From: Macrostomum hystrix
Lineage: Eukaryota > Animalia > Platyhelminthes
DNA length: 64,000 nt
NCBI GenBank assembly: GCA_950097015.1
Contig: CATNEN010000034.1
Span: 1,612,001-1,676,000 of the forward strand
Direction: 5' to 3'
Part shown: positions 11,684 through 26,600 of the stretch, piece after piece
Position numbering within the stretch: the stretch's first letter is position 1
How the letters are laid out: each line of letters starts with the position of its first letter
The notes under the pieces: model-generated
What the model was told of the DNA's origin: nothing
Database searches by the model: none
What the model saw: the letters and a program-made list of their open reading frames with translations, nothing else
Translations under genes and position numbers: made by a program

Positions 11684-14600
11684 TCATAGGCGATTTTCGG
11701 AGCTAGCAGTGATGCTAGCTCCATGCTGATTTCCTGAGGCAGTCAAAGCCATGTCCTGGTGTTGTACACTGAGGCTGGCTCCTTCAGAGGAGGCTGCGAT
11801 TCCGACGCGACTGTCACCTCTGCTGGCAGTGATGCTAGCTCCATGCTGATTTCCTGAGGCAGTCAAAGCCATGTCCTGGTGTTGTACACTGAGGCTGGCT
11901 CCTTCAGAGGAGGCTGCGATTCCGACGCGACTGTCACCTCTGCTGGCAGTGATGCTAGCTCCATGCTGATTTCCTGAGGCAGTCAAAGCCATGTCCTGGT
12001 GTTGTACACTGAGGCTGGCTCCTTCAGAAGAGGCTGCGATTCCGACGCGACTGTCACCTCTGCTGGCAGTGATGCTAGCTCCATGCTGATTTCCTGAGGC
12101 AGTCAAAGCCATGTCCTGGTGTTGTACACTGAGGCTGGCTCCTTCAGAAGAGGCTGCGATTCCGACGCGACTGTCACCTTTGCTGGCAGTGATGCTAGCT
12201 CCATGCTGATTTCCTGAGGCAGTCAAAGCCATGTCCTGGTGTTGTACACTGAGGCTGGCTCCTTCAGAAGAGGCTGCGATTCCGACGCAACTGTCACCTC
12301 TGCTGGCAGTGATGCTAGCTCCATGCTGATTTCCTGAGGCAGTCAAAGCCATGTCCTGGTGTTGTACACTGAGGCTGGCTCCTTCAGAAGAGGCTGCGAT
12401 TCCGACGCAACTGTCACCTCTGCTGGCAGTGATGCTAGCTCCATGCTGATTTCCTGAGGCAGTCAAAGCCATGTCCTGGTGTTGTACACTGAGGCTGGCT
12501 CCTTCAGAAGAGGCTGCGATTCCGACGCGACTGTCACCTCTGCTGGCAGTGATGCTAGCTCCATGCTGATTTCCTGAGGCAGTCAAAGCCATGTCCTGGT
12601 GTTGTACACTGAGGCTGGCTCCTTCAGAAGAGGCTGCGATTCCGACGCGACTGTCACCTTTGCTGGCAGTGATGCTAGCTCCATGCTGATTTCCTGAGGC
12701 AGTCAAAGCCATGTCCTGGTGTTGTACACTGAGGCTGGCTCCTTCAGAAGAGGCTGCGATTCCGACGCAACTGTCACCTTTGCTGGCAGTGATGCTAGCT
12801 CCATGCTGATTTCCTGAGGCAGTCAAAGCCATGTCCTGGTGTTGTACACTGAGGCTGGCTCCTTCAGAAGAGGCTGCGATTCCGACGCGACTGTCACCTC
12901 TGCTGGCAATGATGCTAGCTCCATGCTGATTTCCTGAGGCAGTCAAAGCCATGTCCTGGTGTTGTACACTGAGGCTGGCTCCTTCAGAAGAGGCTGCGAT
13001 TCCGACGCGACTGTCACCTCTGCTGGCAGTGATGCTAGCTCCATGCTGATTTCCTGAGGCAGTCAAAGCCATGTCCTGGTGTTGTACACTGAGGCTGGCT
13101 CCTTCAGAAGAGGCTGCGATTCCGACGCGACTGTCACCTCTGCTGGCAGTGATGCTAGCTCCATGCTGATTTCCTGAGGCAGTCAAAGCCATGTCCTGGT
13201 GTTGTACACTGAGGCTGGCTCCTTCAGAAGAGGCTGCGATTCCGACGCGACTGTCACCTCTGCTGGCAGTGATGCTAGCTCCATGCTGATTTCCTGAGGC
13301 AGTCAAAGCCATGTCCTGGTGTTGTACACTGAGGCTGGCTCCTTCAGAAGAGGCTGCGATTCCGACGCGACTGTCACCTCTGCTGGGAGTGAGTCTAGCT
13401 CCATGCTGATTTCCTGAGGCAGTCAAAGCCATGTCCTGGTGTTGTACACTGAGGCTGGCTCCTTCAGAAGAGGCTGCGATTCCGACGCAACTGTCACCTC
13501 TGCTGGCAGTGATGCTAGCTCCATGCTGATTTCCTGAGGCAGTCAAAGCCATGTCCTGGTGTTGTACACTGAGGCTGGCTCCTTCAGAAGAGGCTGCGAT
13601 TCCGACGCGACTGTCACCTCTGCTGGCAGTGAGTCTAGCGCCATGCTGATTTCCTGAGGCAGTCAAAGCCATGTCCTGGTGTTGTACACTGAGGCTGGCT
13701 CCTTCAGAAGAGGCTGCGATTCCGACGCAACTGTCACCTCTGCTGGCAGTGATGCTAGCTCCATGCTGATTTCCTGAGGCAGTCAAAGCCATGTCCTGGT
13801 GTTGTACACTGAGGCTGGCTCCTTCAGAAGAGGCTGCGATTCCGACGCGACTGTCACCTCTGCTGGCAGTGATGCTAGCTCCATGCTGATTTCCTGAGGC
13901 AGTCAAAGCCATGTCCTGGTGTTGTACACTGAGGCTGGCTCCTTCAGAAGAGGCTGCGATTCCGACGCGACTGTCACCTCTGCTGGCAGTGATGCTAGCT
14001 CCATGCTGATTTCCTGAGGCAGTCAAAGCCATGTCCTGGTGTTGTACACTGAGGCTGGCTCCTTCAGAAGAGGCTGCGATTCCGACGCGACTGTCACCTC
14101 TGCTGGCAGTGATGCTAGCTCCATGCTGATTTCCTGAGGCAGTCAAAGCCATGTCCTGGTGTTGTACACTGAGGCTGGCTCCTTCAGAAGAGGCTCCGAT
14201 TCCGACGCGACTGTCACCTTTGCTGGCAGTGATGCTAGCTCCATGCTGATTTCCTGAGGCAGTCAAAGCCATGTCCTGGTGTTGTACACTGAGGCTGGCT
14301 CCTTCAGAAGAGGCTCCGATTCCGACGCGACTGTCACCTTTGCTGGCAGTGATGCTAGCTCCATGCTGATTTCCTGAGGCAGTCAAAGCCATGTCCTGGT
14401 GTTGTACACTGAGGCTGGCTCCTTCAGAAGAGGCTGCGATTCCGACGCGACTGTCACCTTTGCTGGCAGTGATGCTAGCTCCATGCTGATTTCCTGAGGC
14501 AGTCAAAGCCATGTCCTGGTGTTGTACACTGAGGCTGGCTCCTTCAGAAGAGGCTGCGATTCCGACGCGACTGTCACCTCTGCTGGCAGTGATGCTAGCT

Positions 14601-17600
14601 CCATGCTGATTTCCTGAGGCAGTCAAAGCCATGTCCTGGTGTTGTACACTGAGGCTGGCTCCTTCAGAAGAGGCTGCGATTCCGACGCGACTGTCACCTC
14701 TGCTGGCAGTGATGCTAGCTCCATGCTGATTTCCTGAGGCAGTCAAAGCCATGTCCTGGTGTTGTACACTGAGGCTGGCTCCTTCAGAAGAGGCTGCGAT
14801 TCCGACGCGACTGTCACCTCTGCTGGCAGTGATGCTAGCTCCATGCTGATTTCCTGAGGCAGTCAAAGCCATGTCCTGGTGTTGTACACTGAGGCTGGCT
14901 CCTTCAGAAGAGGCTGCGATTCCGACGCGACTGTCACCTCTGCTGGGAGTGATGCTAGCTCCATGCTGATTTCCTGAGGCAGTCAAAGCCATGTCCTGGT
15001 GTTGTACACTGAGGCTGGCTCCTTCAGAAGAGGCTGCGATTCCGACGCAACTGTCACCTCTGCTGGCAGTGATGCTAGCTCCATGCTGATTTCCTGAGGC
15101 AGTCAAAGCCATGTCCTGGTGTTGTACACTGAGGCTGGCTCCTTCAGAAGAGGCTGCGATTCCGACGCGACTGTCACCTCTGCTGGCAGTGAGTCTAGCG
15201 CCATGCTGATTTCCTGAGGCAGTCAAAGCCATGTCCTGGTGTTGTACACTGAGGCTGGCTCCTTCAGAAGAGGCTGCGATTCCGACGCAACTGTCACCTC
15301 TGCTGGCAGTGATGCTAGCTCCATGCTGATTTCCTGAGGCAGTCAAAGCCATGTCCTGGTGTTGTACACTGAGGCTGGCTCCTTCAGAAGAGGCTGCGAT
15401 TCCGACGCGACTGTCACCTTTGCTGGCAGTGATGCTAGCTCCATGCTGATTTCCTGAGGCAGTCAAAGCCATGTCCTGGTGTTGTACACTGAGGCTGGCT
15501 CCTTCAGAAGAGGCTGCGATTCCGACGCAACTGTCACCTCTGCTGGCAGTGATGCTAGCTCCATGCTGATTTCCTGAGGCAGTCAAAGCCATGTCCTGGT
15601 GTTGTACACTGAGGCTGGCTCCTTCAGAAGAGGCTGCGATTCCGACGCGACTGTCACCTCTGCTGGGAGTGAGTCTAGCTCCATGCTGATTTCCTGAGGC
15701 AGTCAAAGCCATGTCCTGGTGTTGTACACTGAGGCTGGCTCCTTCAGAAGAGGCTGCGATTCCGACGCAACTGTCACCTCTGCTGGCAGTGATGCTAGCT
15801 CCATGCTGATTTCCTGAGGCAGTCAAAGCCATGTCCTGGTGTTGTACACTGAGGCTGGCTCCTTCAGAAGAGGCTGCGATTCCGACGCGACTGTCACCTC
15901 TGCTGGCAGTGAGTCTAGCGCCATGCTGATTTCCTGAGGCAGTCAAAGCCATGTCCTGGTGTTGTACACTGAGGCTGGCTCCTTCAGAAGAGGCTCCGAT
16001 TCCGACGCGACTGTCACCTTTGCTGGCAGTGATGCTAGCTCCATGCTGATTTCCTGAGGCAGTCAAAGCCATGTCCTGGTGTTGTACACTGAGGCTGGCT
16101 CCTTCAGAAGAGGCTGCGATTCCGACGCGACTGTCACCTTTGCTGGCAGTGATGCTAGCTCCATGCTGATTTCCTGAGGCAGTCAAAGCCATGTCCTGGT
16201 GTTGTACACTGAGGCTGGCTCCTTCAGAAGAGGCTGCGATTCCGACGCGACTGTCACCTTTGCTGGCAGTGATGCTAGCTCCATGCTGATTTCCTGAGGC
16301 AGTCAAAGCCATGTCCTGGTGTTGTACACTGAGGCTGGCTCCTTCAGAAGAGGCTGCGATTCCGACGCGACTGTCACCTCTGCTGGCAGTGATGCTAGCT
16401 CCATGCTGATTTCCTGAGGCAGTCAAAGCCATGTCCTGGTGTTGTACACTGAGGCTGGCTCCTTCAGAAGAGGCTGCGATTCCGACGCGACTGTCACCTC
16501 TGCTGGCAGTGATGCTAGCTCCATGCTGATTTCCTGAGGCAGTCAAAGCCATGTCCTGGTGTTGTACACTGAGGCTGGCTCCTTCAGAAGAGGCTGCGAT
16601 TCCGACGCGACTGTCACCTTTGCTGGCAGTGATGCTAGCTCCATGCTGATTTCCTGAGGCAGTCAAAGCCATGTCCTGGTGTTGTACACTGAGGCTGGCT
16701 CCTTCAGAAGAGGCTGCGATTCCGACGCAACTGTCACCTCTGCTGGCAGTGATGCTAGCTCCATGCTGATTTCCTGAGGCAGTCAAAGCCATGTCCTGGT
16801 GTTGTACACTGAGGCTGGCTCCTTCAGAAGAGGCTGCGATTCCGACGCGACTGTCACCTCTGCTGGCAGTGAGTCTAGCGCCATGCTGATTTCCTGAGGC
16901 AGTCAAAGCCATGTCCTGGTGTTGTACACTGAGGCTGGCTCCTTCAGAAGAGGCTGCGATTCCGACGCAACTGTCACCTCTGCTGGCAGTGATGCTAGCT
17001 CCATGCTGATTTCCTGAGGCAGTCAAAGCCATGTCCTGGTGTTGTACACTGAGGCTGGCTCCTTCAGAAGAGGCTGCGATTCCGACGCGACTGTCACCTT
17101 TGCTGGCAGTGATGCTAGCTCCATGCTGATTTCCTGAGGCAGTCAAAGCCATGTCCTGGTGTTGTACACTGAGGCTGGCTCCTTCAGAAGAGGCTGCGAT
17201 TCCGACGCAACTGTCACCTCTGCTGGCAGTGATGCTAGCTCCATGCTGATTTCCTGAGGCAGTCAAAGCCATGTCCTGGTGTTGTACACTGAGGCTGGCT
17301 CCTTCAGAAGAGGCTGCGATTCCGACGCGACTGTCACCTCTGCTGGGAGTGAGTCTAGCTCCATGCTGATTTCCTGAGGCAGTCAAAGCCATGTCCTGGT
17401 GTTGTACACTGAGGCTGGCTCCTTCAGAAGAGGCTGCGATTCCGACGCAACTGTCACCTCTGCTGGCAGTGATGCTAGCTCCATGCTGATTTCCTGAGGC
17501 AGTCAAAGCCATGTCCTGGTGTTGTACACTGAGGCTGGCTCCTTCAGAAGAGGCTGCGATTCCGACGCGACTGTCACCTCTGCTGGCAGTGAGTCTAGCG

Positions 17601-20600
17601 CCATGCTGATTTCCTGAGGCAGTCAAAGCCATGTCCTGGTGTTGTACACTGAGGCTGGCTCCTTCAGAAGAGGCTGCGATTCCGACGCAACTGTCACCTC
17701 TGCTGGCAGTGATGCTAGCTCCATGCTGATTTCCTGAGGCAGTCAAAGCCATGTCCTGGTGTTGTACACTGAGGCTGGCTCCTTCAGAAGAGGCTGCGAT
17801 TCCGACGCAACTGTCACCTCTGCTGGCAGTGATGCTAGCTCCATGCTGATTTCCTGAGGCAGTCAAAGCCATGTCCTGGTGTTGTACACTGAGGCTGGCT
17901 CCTTCAGAAGAGGCTGCGATTCCGACGCGACTGTCACCTTTGCTGGCAGTGATGCTAGCTCCATGCTGATTTCCTGAGGCAGTCAAAGCCATGTCCTGGT
18001 GTTGTACACTGAGGCTGGCTCCTTCAGAAGAGGCTGCGATTCCGACGCGACTGTCACCTCTGCTGGCAGTGATGCTAGCTCCATGCTGATTTCCTGAGGC
18101 AGTCAAAGCCATGTCCTGGTGTTGTACACTGAGGCTGGCTCCTTCAGAAGAGGCTGCGATTCCGACGCGACTGTCACCTCTGCTGGCAGTGATGCTAGCT
18201 CCATGCTGATTTCCTGAGGCAGTCAAAGCCATGTCCTGGTGTTGTACACTGAGGCTGGCTCCTTCAGAAGAGGCTCCGATTCCGACGCGACTGTCACCTT
18301 TGCTGGCAGTGATGCTAGCTCCATGCTGATTTCCTGAGGCAGTCAAAGCCATGTCCTGGTGTTGTACACTGAGGCTGGCTCCTTCAGAAGAGGCTCCGAT
18401 TCCGACGCGACTGTCACCTTTGCTGGCAGTGATGCTAGCTCCATGCTGATTTCCTGAGGCAGTCAAAGCCATGTCCTGGTGTTGTACACTGAGGCTGGCT
18501 CCTTCAGAAGAGGCTGCGATTCCGACGCGACTGTCACCTTTGCTGGCAGTGATGCTAGCTCCATGCTGATTTCCTGAGGCAGTCAAAGCCATGTCCTGGT
18601 GTTGTACACTGAGGCTGGCTCCTTCAGAAGAGGCTGCGATTCCGACGCGACTGTCACCTCTGCTGGCAGTGATGCTAGCTCCATGCTGATTTCCTGAGGC
18701 AGTCAAAGCCATGTCCTGGTGTTGTACACTGAGGCTGGCTCCTTCAGAAGAGGCTGCGATTCCGACGCGACTGTCACCTCTGCTGGCAGTGATGCTAGCT
18801 CCATGCTGATTTCCTGAGGCAGTCAAAGCCATGTCCTGGTGTTGTACACTGAGGCTGGCTCCTTCAGAAGAGGCTCCGATTCCGACGCGACTGTCACCTT
18901 TGCTGGCAGTGATGCTAGCTCCATGCTGATTTCCTGAGGCAGTCAAAGCCATGTCCTGGTGTTGTACACTGAGGCTGGCTCCTTCAGAAGAGGCTCCGAT
19001 TCCGACGCGACTGTCACCTTTGCTGGCAGTGATGCTAGCTCCATGCTGATTTCCTGAGGCAGTCAAAGCCATGTCCTGGTGTTGTACACTGAGGCTGGCT
19101 CCTTCAGAAGAGGCTGCGATTCCGACGCGACTGTCACCTTTGCTGGCAGTGATGCTAGCTCCATGCTGATTTCCTGAGGCAGTCAAAGCCATGTCCTGGT
19201 GTTGTACACTGAGGCTGGCTCCTTCAGAAGAGGCTGCGATTCCGACGCGACTGTCACCTCTGCTGGCAGTGATGCTAGCTCCATGCTGATTTCCTGAGGC
19301 AGTCAAAGCCATGTCCTGGTGTTGTACACTGAGGCTGGCTCCTTCAGAAGAGGCTGCGATTCCGACGCGACTGTCACCTCTGCTGGCAGTGATGCTAGCT
19401 CCATGCTGATTTCCTGAGGCAGTCAAAGCCATGTCCTGGTGTTGTACACTGAGGCTGGCTCCTTCAGAAGAGGCTGCGATTCCGACGCGACTGTCACCTC
19501 TGCTGGCAGTGATGCTAGCTCCATGCTGATTTCCTGAGGCAGTCAAAGCCATGTCCTGGTGTTGTACACTGAGGCTGGCTCCTTCAGAAGAGGCTGCGAT
19601 TCCGACGCGACTGTCACCTCTGCTGGCAGTGATGCTAGCTCCATGCTGATTTCCTGAGGCAGTCAAAGCCATGTCCTGGTGTTGTACACTGAGGCTGGCT
19701 CCTTCAGAAGAGGCTGCGATTCCGACGCAACTGTCACCTCTGCTGGCAGTGATGCTAGCTCCATGCTGATTTCCTGAGGCAGTCAAAGCCATGTCCTGGT
19801 GTTGTACACTGAGGCTGGCTCCTTCAGAAGAGGCTGCGATTCCGACGCGACTGTCACCTCTGCTGGCAGTGAGTCTAGCGCCATGCTGATTTCCTGAGGC
19901 AGTCAAAGCCATGTCCTGGTGTTGTACACTGAGGCTGGCTCCTTCAGAAGAGGCTGCGATTCCGACGCAACTGTCACCTCTGCTGGCAGTGATGCTAGCT
20001 CCATGCTGATTTCCTGAGGCAGTCAAAGCCATGTCCTGGTGTTGTACACTGAGGCTGGCTCCTTCAGAAGAGGCTGCGATTCCGACGCAACTGTCACCTC
20101 TGCTGGCAGTGATGCTAGCTCCATGCTGATTTCCTGAGGCAGTCAAAGCCATGTCCTGGTGTTGTACACTGAGGCTGGCTCCTTCAGAAGAGGCTGCGAT
20201 TCCGACGCGACTGTCACCTTTGCTGGCAGTGATGCTAGCTCCATGCTGATTTCCTGAGGCAGTCAAAGCCATGTCCTGGTGTTGTACACTGAGGCTGGCT
20301 CCTTCAGAAGAGGCTGCGATTCCGACGCGACTGTCACCTCTGCTGGCAGTGATGCTAGCTCCATGCTGATTTCCTGAGGCAGTCAAAGCCATGTCCTGGT
20401 GTTGTACACTGAGGCTGGCTCCTTCAGAAGAGGCTGCGATTCCGACGCGACTGTCACCTCTGCTGGCAGTGATGCTAGCTCCATGCTGATTTCCTGAGGC
20501 AGTCAAAGCCATGTCCTGGTGTTGTACACTGAGGCTGGCTCCTTCAGAAGAGGCTCCGATTCCGACGCGACTGTCACCTTTGCTGGCAGTGATGCTAGCT

Positions 20601-23600
20601 CCATGCTGATTTCCTGAGGCAGTCAAAGCCATGTCCTGGTGTTGTACACTGAGGCTGGCTCCTTCAGAAGAGGCTGCGATTCCGACGCGACTGTCACCTT
20701 TGCTGGCAGTGATGCTAGCTCCATGCTGATTTCCTGAGGCAGTCAAAGCCATGTCCTGGTGTTGTACACTGAGGCTGGCTCCTTCAGAAGAGGCTGCGAT
20801 TCCGACGCGACTGTCACCTCTGCTGGCAGTGATGCTAGCTCCATGCTGATTTCCTGAGGCAGTCAAAGCCATGTCCTGGTGTTGTACACTGAGGCTGGCT
20901 CCTTCAGAAGAGGCTGCGATTCCGACGCGACTGTCACCTCTGCTGGCAGTGATGCTAGCTCCATGCTGATTTCCTGAGGCAGTCAAAGCCATGTCCTGGT
21001 GTTGTACACTGAGGCTGGCTCCTTCAGAAGAGGCTCCGATTCCGACGCGACTGTCACCTTTGCTGGCAGTGATGCTAGCTCCATGCTGATTTCCTGAGGC
21101 AGTCAAAGCCATGTCCTGGTGTTGTACACTGAGGCTGGCTCCTTCAGAAGAGGCTGCGATTCCGACGCGACTGTCACCTTTGCTGGCAGTGATGCTAGCT
21201 CCATGCTGATTTCCTGAGGCAGTCAAAGCCATGTCCTGGTGTTGTACACTGAGGCTGGCTCCTTCAGAAGAGGCTGCGATTCCGACGCGACTGTCACCTC
21301 TGCTGGCAGTGATGCTAGCTCCATGCTGATTTCCTGAGGCAGTCAAAGCCATGTCCTGGTGTTGTACACTGAGGCTGGCTCCTTCAGAAGAGGCTGCGAT
21401 TCCGACGCGACTGTCACCTCTGCTGGCAGTGATGCTAGCTCCATGCTGATTTCCTGAGGCAGTCAAAGCCATGTCCTGGTGTTGTACACTGAGGCTGGCT
21501 CCTTCAGAAGAGGCTGCGATTCCGACGCGACTGTCACCTCTGCTGGCAGTGATGCTAGCTCCATGCTGATTTCCTGAGGCAGTCAAAGCCATGTCCTGGT
21601 GTTGTACACTGAGGCTGGCTCCTTCAGAAGAGGCTGCGATTCCGACGCGACTGTCACCTCTGCTGGGAGTGATGCTAGCTCCATGCTGATTTCCTGAGGC
21701 AGTCAAAGCCATGTCCTGGTGTTGTACACTGAGGCTGGCTCCTTCAGAAGAGGCTGCGATTCCGACGCAACTGTCACCTCTGCTGGCAGTGATGCTAGCT
21801 CCATGCTGATTTCCTGAGGCAGTCAAAGCCATGTCCTGGTGTTGTACACTGAGGCTGGCTCCTTCAGAAGAGGCTGCGATTCCGACGCGACTGTCACCTC
21901 TGCTGGCAGTGAGTCTAGCGCCATGCTGATTTCCTGAGGCAGTCAAAGCCATGTCCTGGTGTTGTACACTGAGGCTGGCTCCTTCAGAAGAGGCTGCGAT
22001 TCCGACGCAACTGTCACCTCTGCTGGCAGTGATGCTAGCTCCATGCTGATTTCCTGAGGCAGTCAAAGCCATGTCCTGGTGTTGTACACTGAGGCTGGCT
22101 CCTTCAGAAGAGGCTGCGATTCCGACGCGACTGTCACCTTTGCTGGCAGTGATGCTAGCTCCATGCTGATTTCCTGAGGCAGTCAAAGCCATGTCCTGGT
22201 GTTGTACACTGAGGCTGGCTCCTTCAGAAGAGGCTGCGATTCCGACGCAACTGTCACCTCTGCTGGCAGTGATGCTAGCTCCATGCTGATTTCCTGAGGC
22301 AGTCAAAGCCATGTCCTGGTGTTGTACACTGAGGCTGGCTCCTTCAGAAGAGGCTGCGATTCCGACGCAACTGTCACCTCTGCTGGCAGTGATGCTAGCT
22401 CCATGCTGATTTCCTGAGGCAGTCAAAGCCATGTCCTGGTGTTGTACACTGAGGCTGGCTCCTTCAGAAGAGGCTGCGATTCCGACGCGACTGTCACCTC
22501 TGCTGGCAGTGATGCTAGCTCCATGCTGATTTCCTGAGGCAGTCAAAGCCATGTCCTGGTGTTGTACACTGAGGCTGGCTCCTTCAGAAGAGGCTCCGAT
22601 TCCGACGCGACTGTCACCTTTGCTGGCAGTGATGCTAGCTCCATGCTGATTTCCTGAGGCAGTCAAAGCCATGTCCTGGTGTTGTACACTGAGGCTGGCT
22701 CCTTCAGAAGAGGCTGCGATTCCGACGCGACTGTCACCTTTGCTGGCAGTGATGCTAGCGCCATGCTGATTTCCTGAGGCAGTCAAAGCCATGTCCTGGT
22801 GTTGTACACTGAGGCTGGCTCCTTCAGAAGAGGCTGCGATTCCGACGCGACTGTCACCTCTGCTGGCAGTGATGCTAGCTCCATGCTGATTTCCTGAGGC
22901 AGTCAAAGCCATGTCCTGGTGTTGTACACTGAGGCTGGCTCCTTCAGAAGAGGCTCCGATTCCGACGCGACTGTCACCTTTGCTGGCAGTGATGCTAGCT
23001 CCATGCTGATTTCCTGAGGCAGTCAAAGCCATGTCCTGGTGTTGTACACTGAGGCTGGCTCCTTCAGAAGAGGCTCCGATTCCGACGCGACTGTCACCTT
23101 TGCTGGCAGTGATGCTAGCTCCATGCTGATTTCCTGAGGCAGTCAAAGCCATGTCCTGGTGTTGTACACTGAGGCTGGCTCCTTCAGAAGAGGCTGCGAT
23201 TCCGACGCGACTGTCACCTTTGCTGGCAGTGATGCTAGCTCCATGCTGATTTCCTGAGGCAGTCAAAGCCATGTCCTGGTGTTGTACACTGAGGCTGGCT
23301 CCTTCAGAAGAGGCTGCGATTCCGACGCGACTGTCACCTCTGCTGGCAGTGATGCTAGCTCCATGCTGATTTCCTGAGGCAGTCAAAGCCATGTCCTGGT
23401 GTTGTACACTGAGGCTGGCTCCTTCAGAAGAGGCTGCGATTCCGACGCAACTGTCACCTCTGCTGGCAGTGATGCTAGCTCCATGCTGATTTCCTGAGGC
23501 AGTCAAAGCCATGTCCTGGTGTTGTACACTGAGGCTGGCTCCTTCAGAAGAGGCTGCGATTCCGACGCGACTGTCACCTCTGCTGGCAGTGATGCTAGCT

Positions 23601-26600
23601 CCATGCTGATTTCCTGAGGCAGTCAAAGCCATGTCCTGGTGTTGTACACTGAGGCTGGCTCCTTCAGAAGAGGCTGCGATTCCGACGCGACTGTCACCTC
23701 TGCTGGCAGTGATGCTAGCTCCATGCTGATTTCCTGAGGCAGTCAAAGCCATGTCCTGGTGTTGTACACTGAGGCTGGCTCCTTCAGAAGAGGCTGCGAT
23801 TCCGACGCGACTGTCACCTCTGCTGGCAGTGATGCTAGCTCCATGCTGATTTCCTGAGGCAGTCAAAGCCATGTCCTGGTGTTGTACACTGAGGCTGGCT
23901 CCTTCAGAAGAGGCTGCGATTCCGACGCAACTGTCACCTCTGCTGGCAGTGATGCTAGCTCCATGCTGATTTCCTGAGGCAGTCAAAGCCATGTCCTGGT
24001 GTTGTACACTGAGGCTGGCTCCTTCAGAAGAGGCTGCGATTCCGACGCGACTGTCACCTTTGCTGGCAGTGATGCTAGCTCCATGCTGATTTCCTGAGGC
24101 AGTCAAAGCCATGTCCTGGTGTTGTACACTGAGGCTGGCTCCTTCAGAAGAGGCTGCGATTCCGACGCGACTGTCACCTCTGCTGGCAGTGATGCTAGCT
24201 CCATGCTGATTTCCTGAGGCAGTCAAAGCCATGTCCTGGTGTTGTACACTGAGGCTGGCTCCTTCAGAAGAGGCTGCGATTCCGACGCAACTGTCACCTC
24301 TGCTGGCAGTGATGCTAGCTCCATGCTGATTTCCTGAGGCAGTCAAAGCCATGTCCTGGTGTTGTACACTGAGGCTGGCTCCTTCAGAAGAGGCTGCGAT
24401 TCCGACGCGACTGTCACCTCTGCTGGCAGTGAGTCTAGCGCCATGCTGATTTCCTGAGGCAGTCAAAGCCATGTCCTGGTGTTGTACACTGAGGCTGGCT
24501 CCTTCAGAAGAGGCTGCGATTCCGACGCAACTGTCACCTCTGCTGGCAGTGATGCTAGCTCCATGCTGATTTCCTGAGGCAGTCAAAGCCATGTCCTGGT
24601 GTTGTACACTGAGGCTGGCTCCTTCAGAAGAGGCTCCGATTCCGACGCGACTGTCACCTTTGCTGGCAGTGATGCTAGCTCCATGCTGATTTCCTGAGGC
24701 AGTCAAAGCCATGTCCTGGTGTTGTACACTGAGGCTGGCTCCTTCAGAAGAGGCTGCGATTCCGACGCGACTGTCACCTTTGCTGGCAGTGATGCTAGCT
24801 CCATGCTGATTTCCTGAGGCAGTCAAAGCCATGTCCTGGTGTTGTACACTGAGGCTGGCTCCTTCAGAAGAGGCTCCGATTCCGACGCGACTGTCACCTT
24901 TGCTGGCAGTGATGCTAGCTCCATGCTGATTTCCTGAGGCAGTCAAAGCCATGTCCTGGTGTTGTACACTGAGGCTGGCTCCTTCAGAAGAGGCTGCGAT
25001 TCCGACGCGACTGTCACCTTTGCTGGCAGTGATGCTAGCTCCATGCTGATTTCCTGAGGCAGTCAAAGCCATGTCCTGGTGTTGTACACTGAGGCTGGCT
25101 CCTTCAGAAGAGGCTGCGATTCCGACGCGACTGTCACCTCTGCTGGCAGTGATGCTAGCTCCATGCTGATTTCCTGAGGCAGTCAAAGCCATGTCCTGGT
25201 GTTGTACACTGAGGCTGGCTCCTTCAGAAGAGGCTGCGATTCCGACGCAACTGTCACCTCTGCTGGCAGTGATGCTAGCTCCATGCTGATTTCCTGAGGC
25301 AGTCAAAGCCATGTCCTGGTGTTGTACACTGAGGCTGGCTCCTTCAGAAGAGGCTGCGATTCCGACGCGACTGTCACCTTTGCTGGCAGTGATGCTAGCT
25401 CCATGCTGATTTCCTGAGGCAGTCAAAGCCATGTCCTGGTGTTGTACACTGAGGCTGGCTCCTTCAGAAGAGGCTGCGATTCCGACGCGACTGTCACCTC
25501 TGCTGGCAGTGATGCTAGCTCCATGCTGATTTCCTGAGGCAGTCAAAGCCATGTCCTGGTGTTGTACACTGAGGCTGGCTCCTTCAGAAGAGGCTGCGAT
25601 TCCGACGCAACTGTCACCTCTGCTGGCAGTGATGCTAGCTCCATGCTGATTTCCTGAGGCAGTCAAAGCCATGTCCTGGTGTTGTACACTGAGGCTGGCT
25701 CCTTCAGAAGAGGCTGCGATTCCGACGCGACTGTCACCTCTGCTGGCAGTGATGCTAGCTCCATGCTGATTTCCTGAGGCAGTCAAAGCCATGTCCTGGT
25801 GTTGTACACTGAGGCTGGCTCCTTCAGAAGAGGCTGCGATTCCGACGCGACTGTCACCTCTGCTGGCAGTGATGCTAGCTCCATGCTGATTTCCTGAGGC
25901 AGTCAAAGCCATGTCCTGGTGTTGTACACTGAGGCTGGCTCCTTCAGAAGAGGCTGCGATTCCGACGCAACTGTCACCTCTGCTGGCAGTGATGCTAGCT
26001 CCATGCTGATTTCCTGAGGCAGTCAAAGCCATGTCCTGGTGTTGTACACTGAGGCTGGCTCCTTCAGAAGAGGCTGCGATTCCGACGCGACTGTCACCTC
26101 TGCTGGCAGTGATGCTAGCTCCATGCTGATTTCCTGAGGCAGTCAAAGCCATGTCCTGGTGTTGTACACTGAGGCTGGCTCCTTCAGAAGAGGCTGCGAT
26201 TCCGACGCGACTGTCACCTTTGCTGGCAGTGATGCTAGCGCCATGCTGATTTCCTGAGGCAGTCAAAGCCATGTCCTGGTGTTGTACACTGAGGCTGGCT
26301 CCTTCAGAAGAGGCTGCGATTCCGACGCGACTGTCACCTCTGCTGGCAGTGATGCTAGCTCCATGCTGATTTCCTGAGGCAGTCAAAGCCATGTCCTGGT
26401 GTTGTACACTGAGGCTGGCTCCTTCAGAAGAGGCTGCGATTCCGACGCGACTGTCACCTCTGCTGGCAGTGATGCTAGCTCCATGCTGATTTCCTGAGGC
26501 AGTCAAAGCCATGTCCTGGTGTTGTACACTGAGGCTGGCTCCTTCAGAAGAGGCTGCGATTCCGACGCAACTGTCACCTCTGCTGGCAGTGATGCTAGCT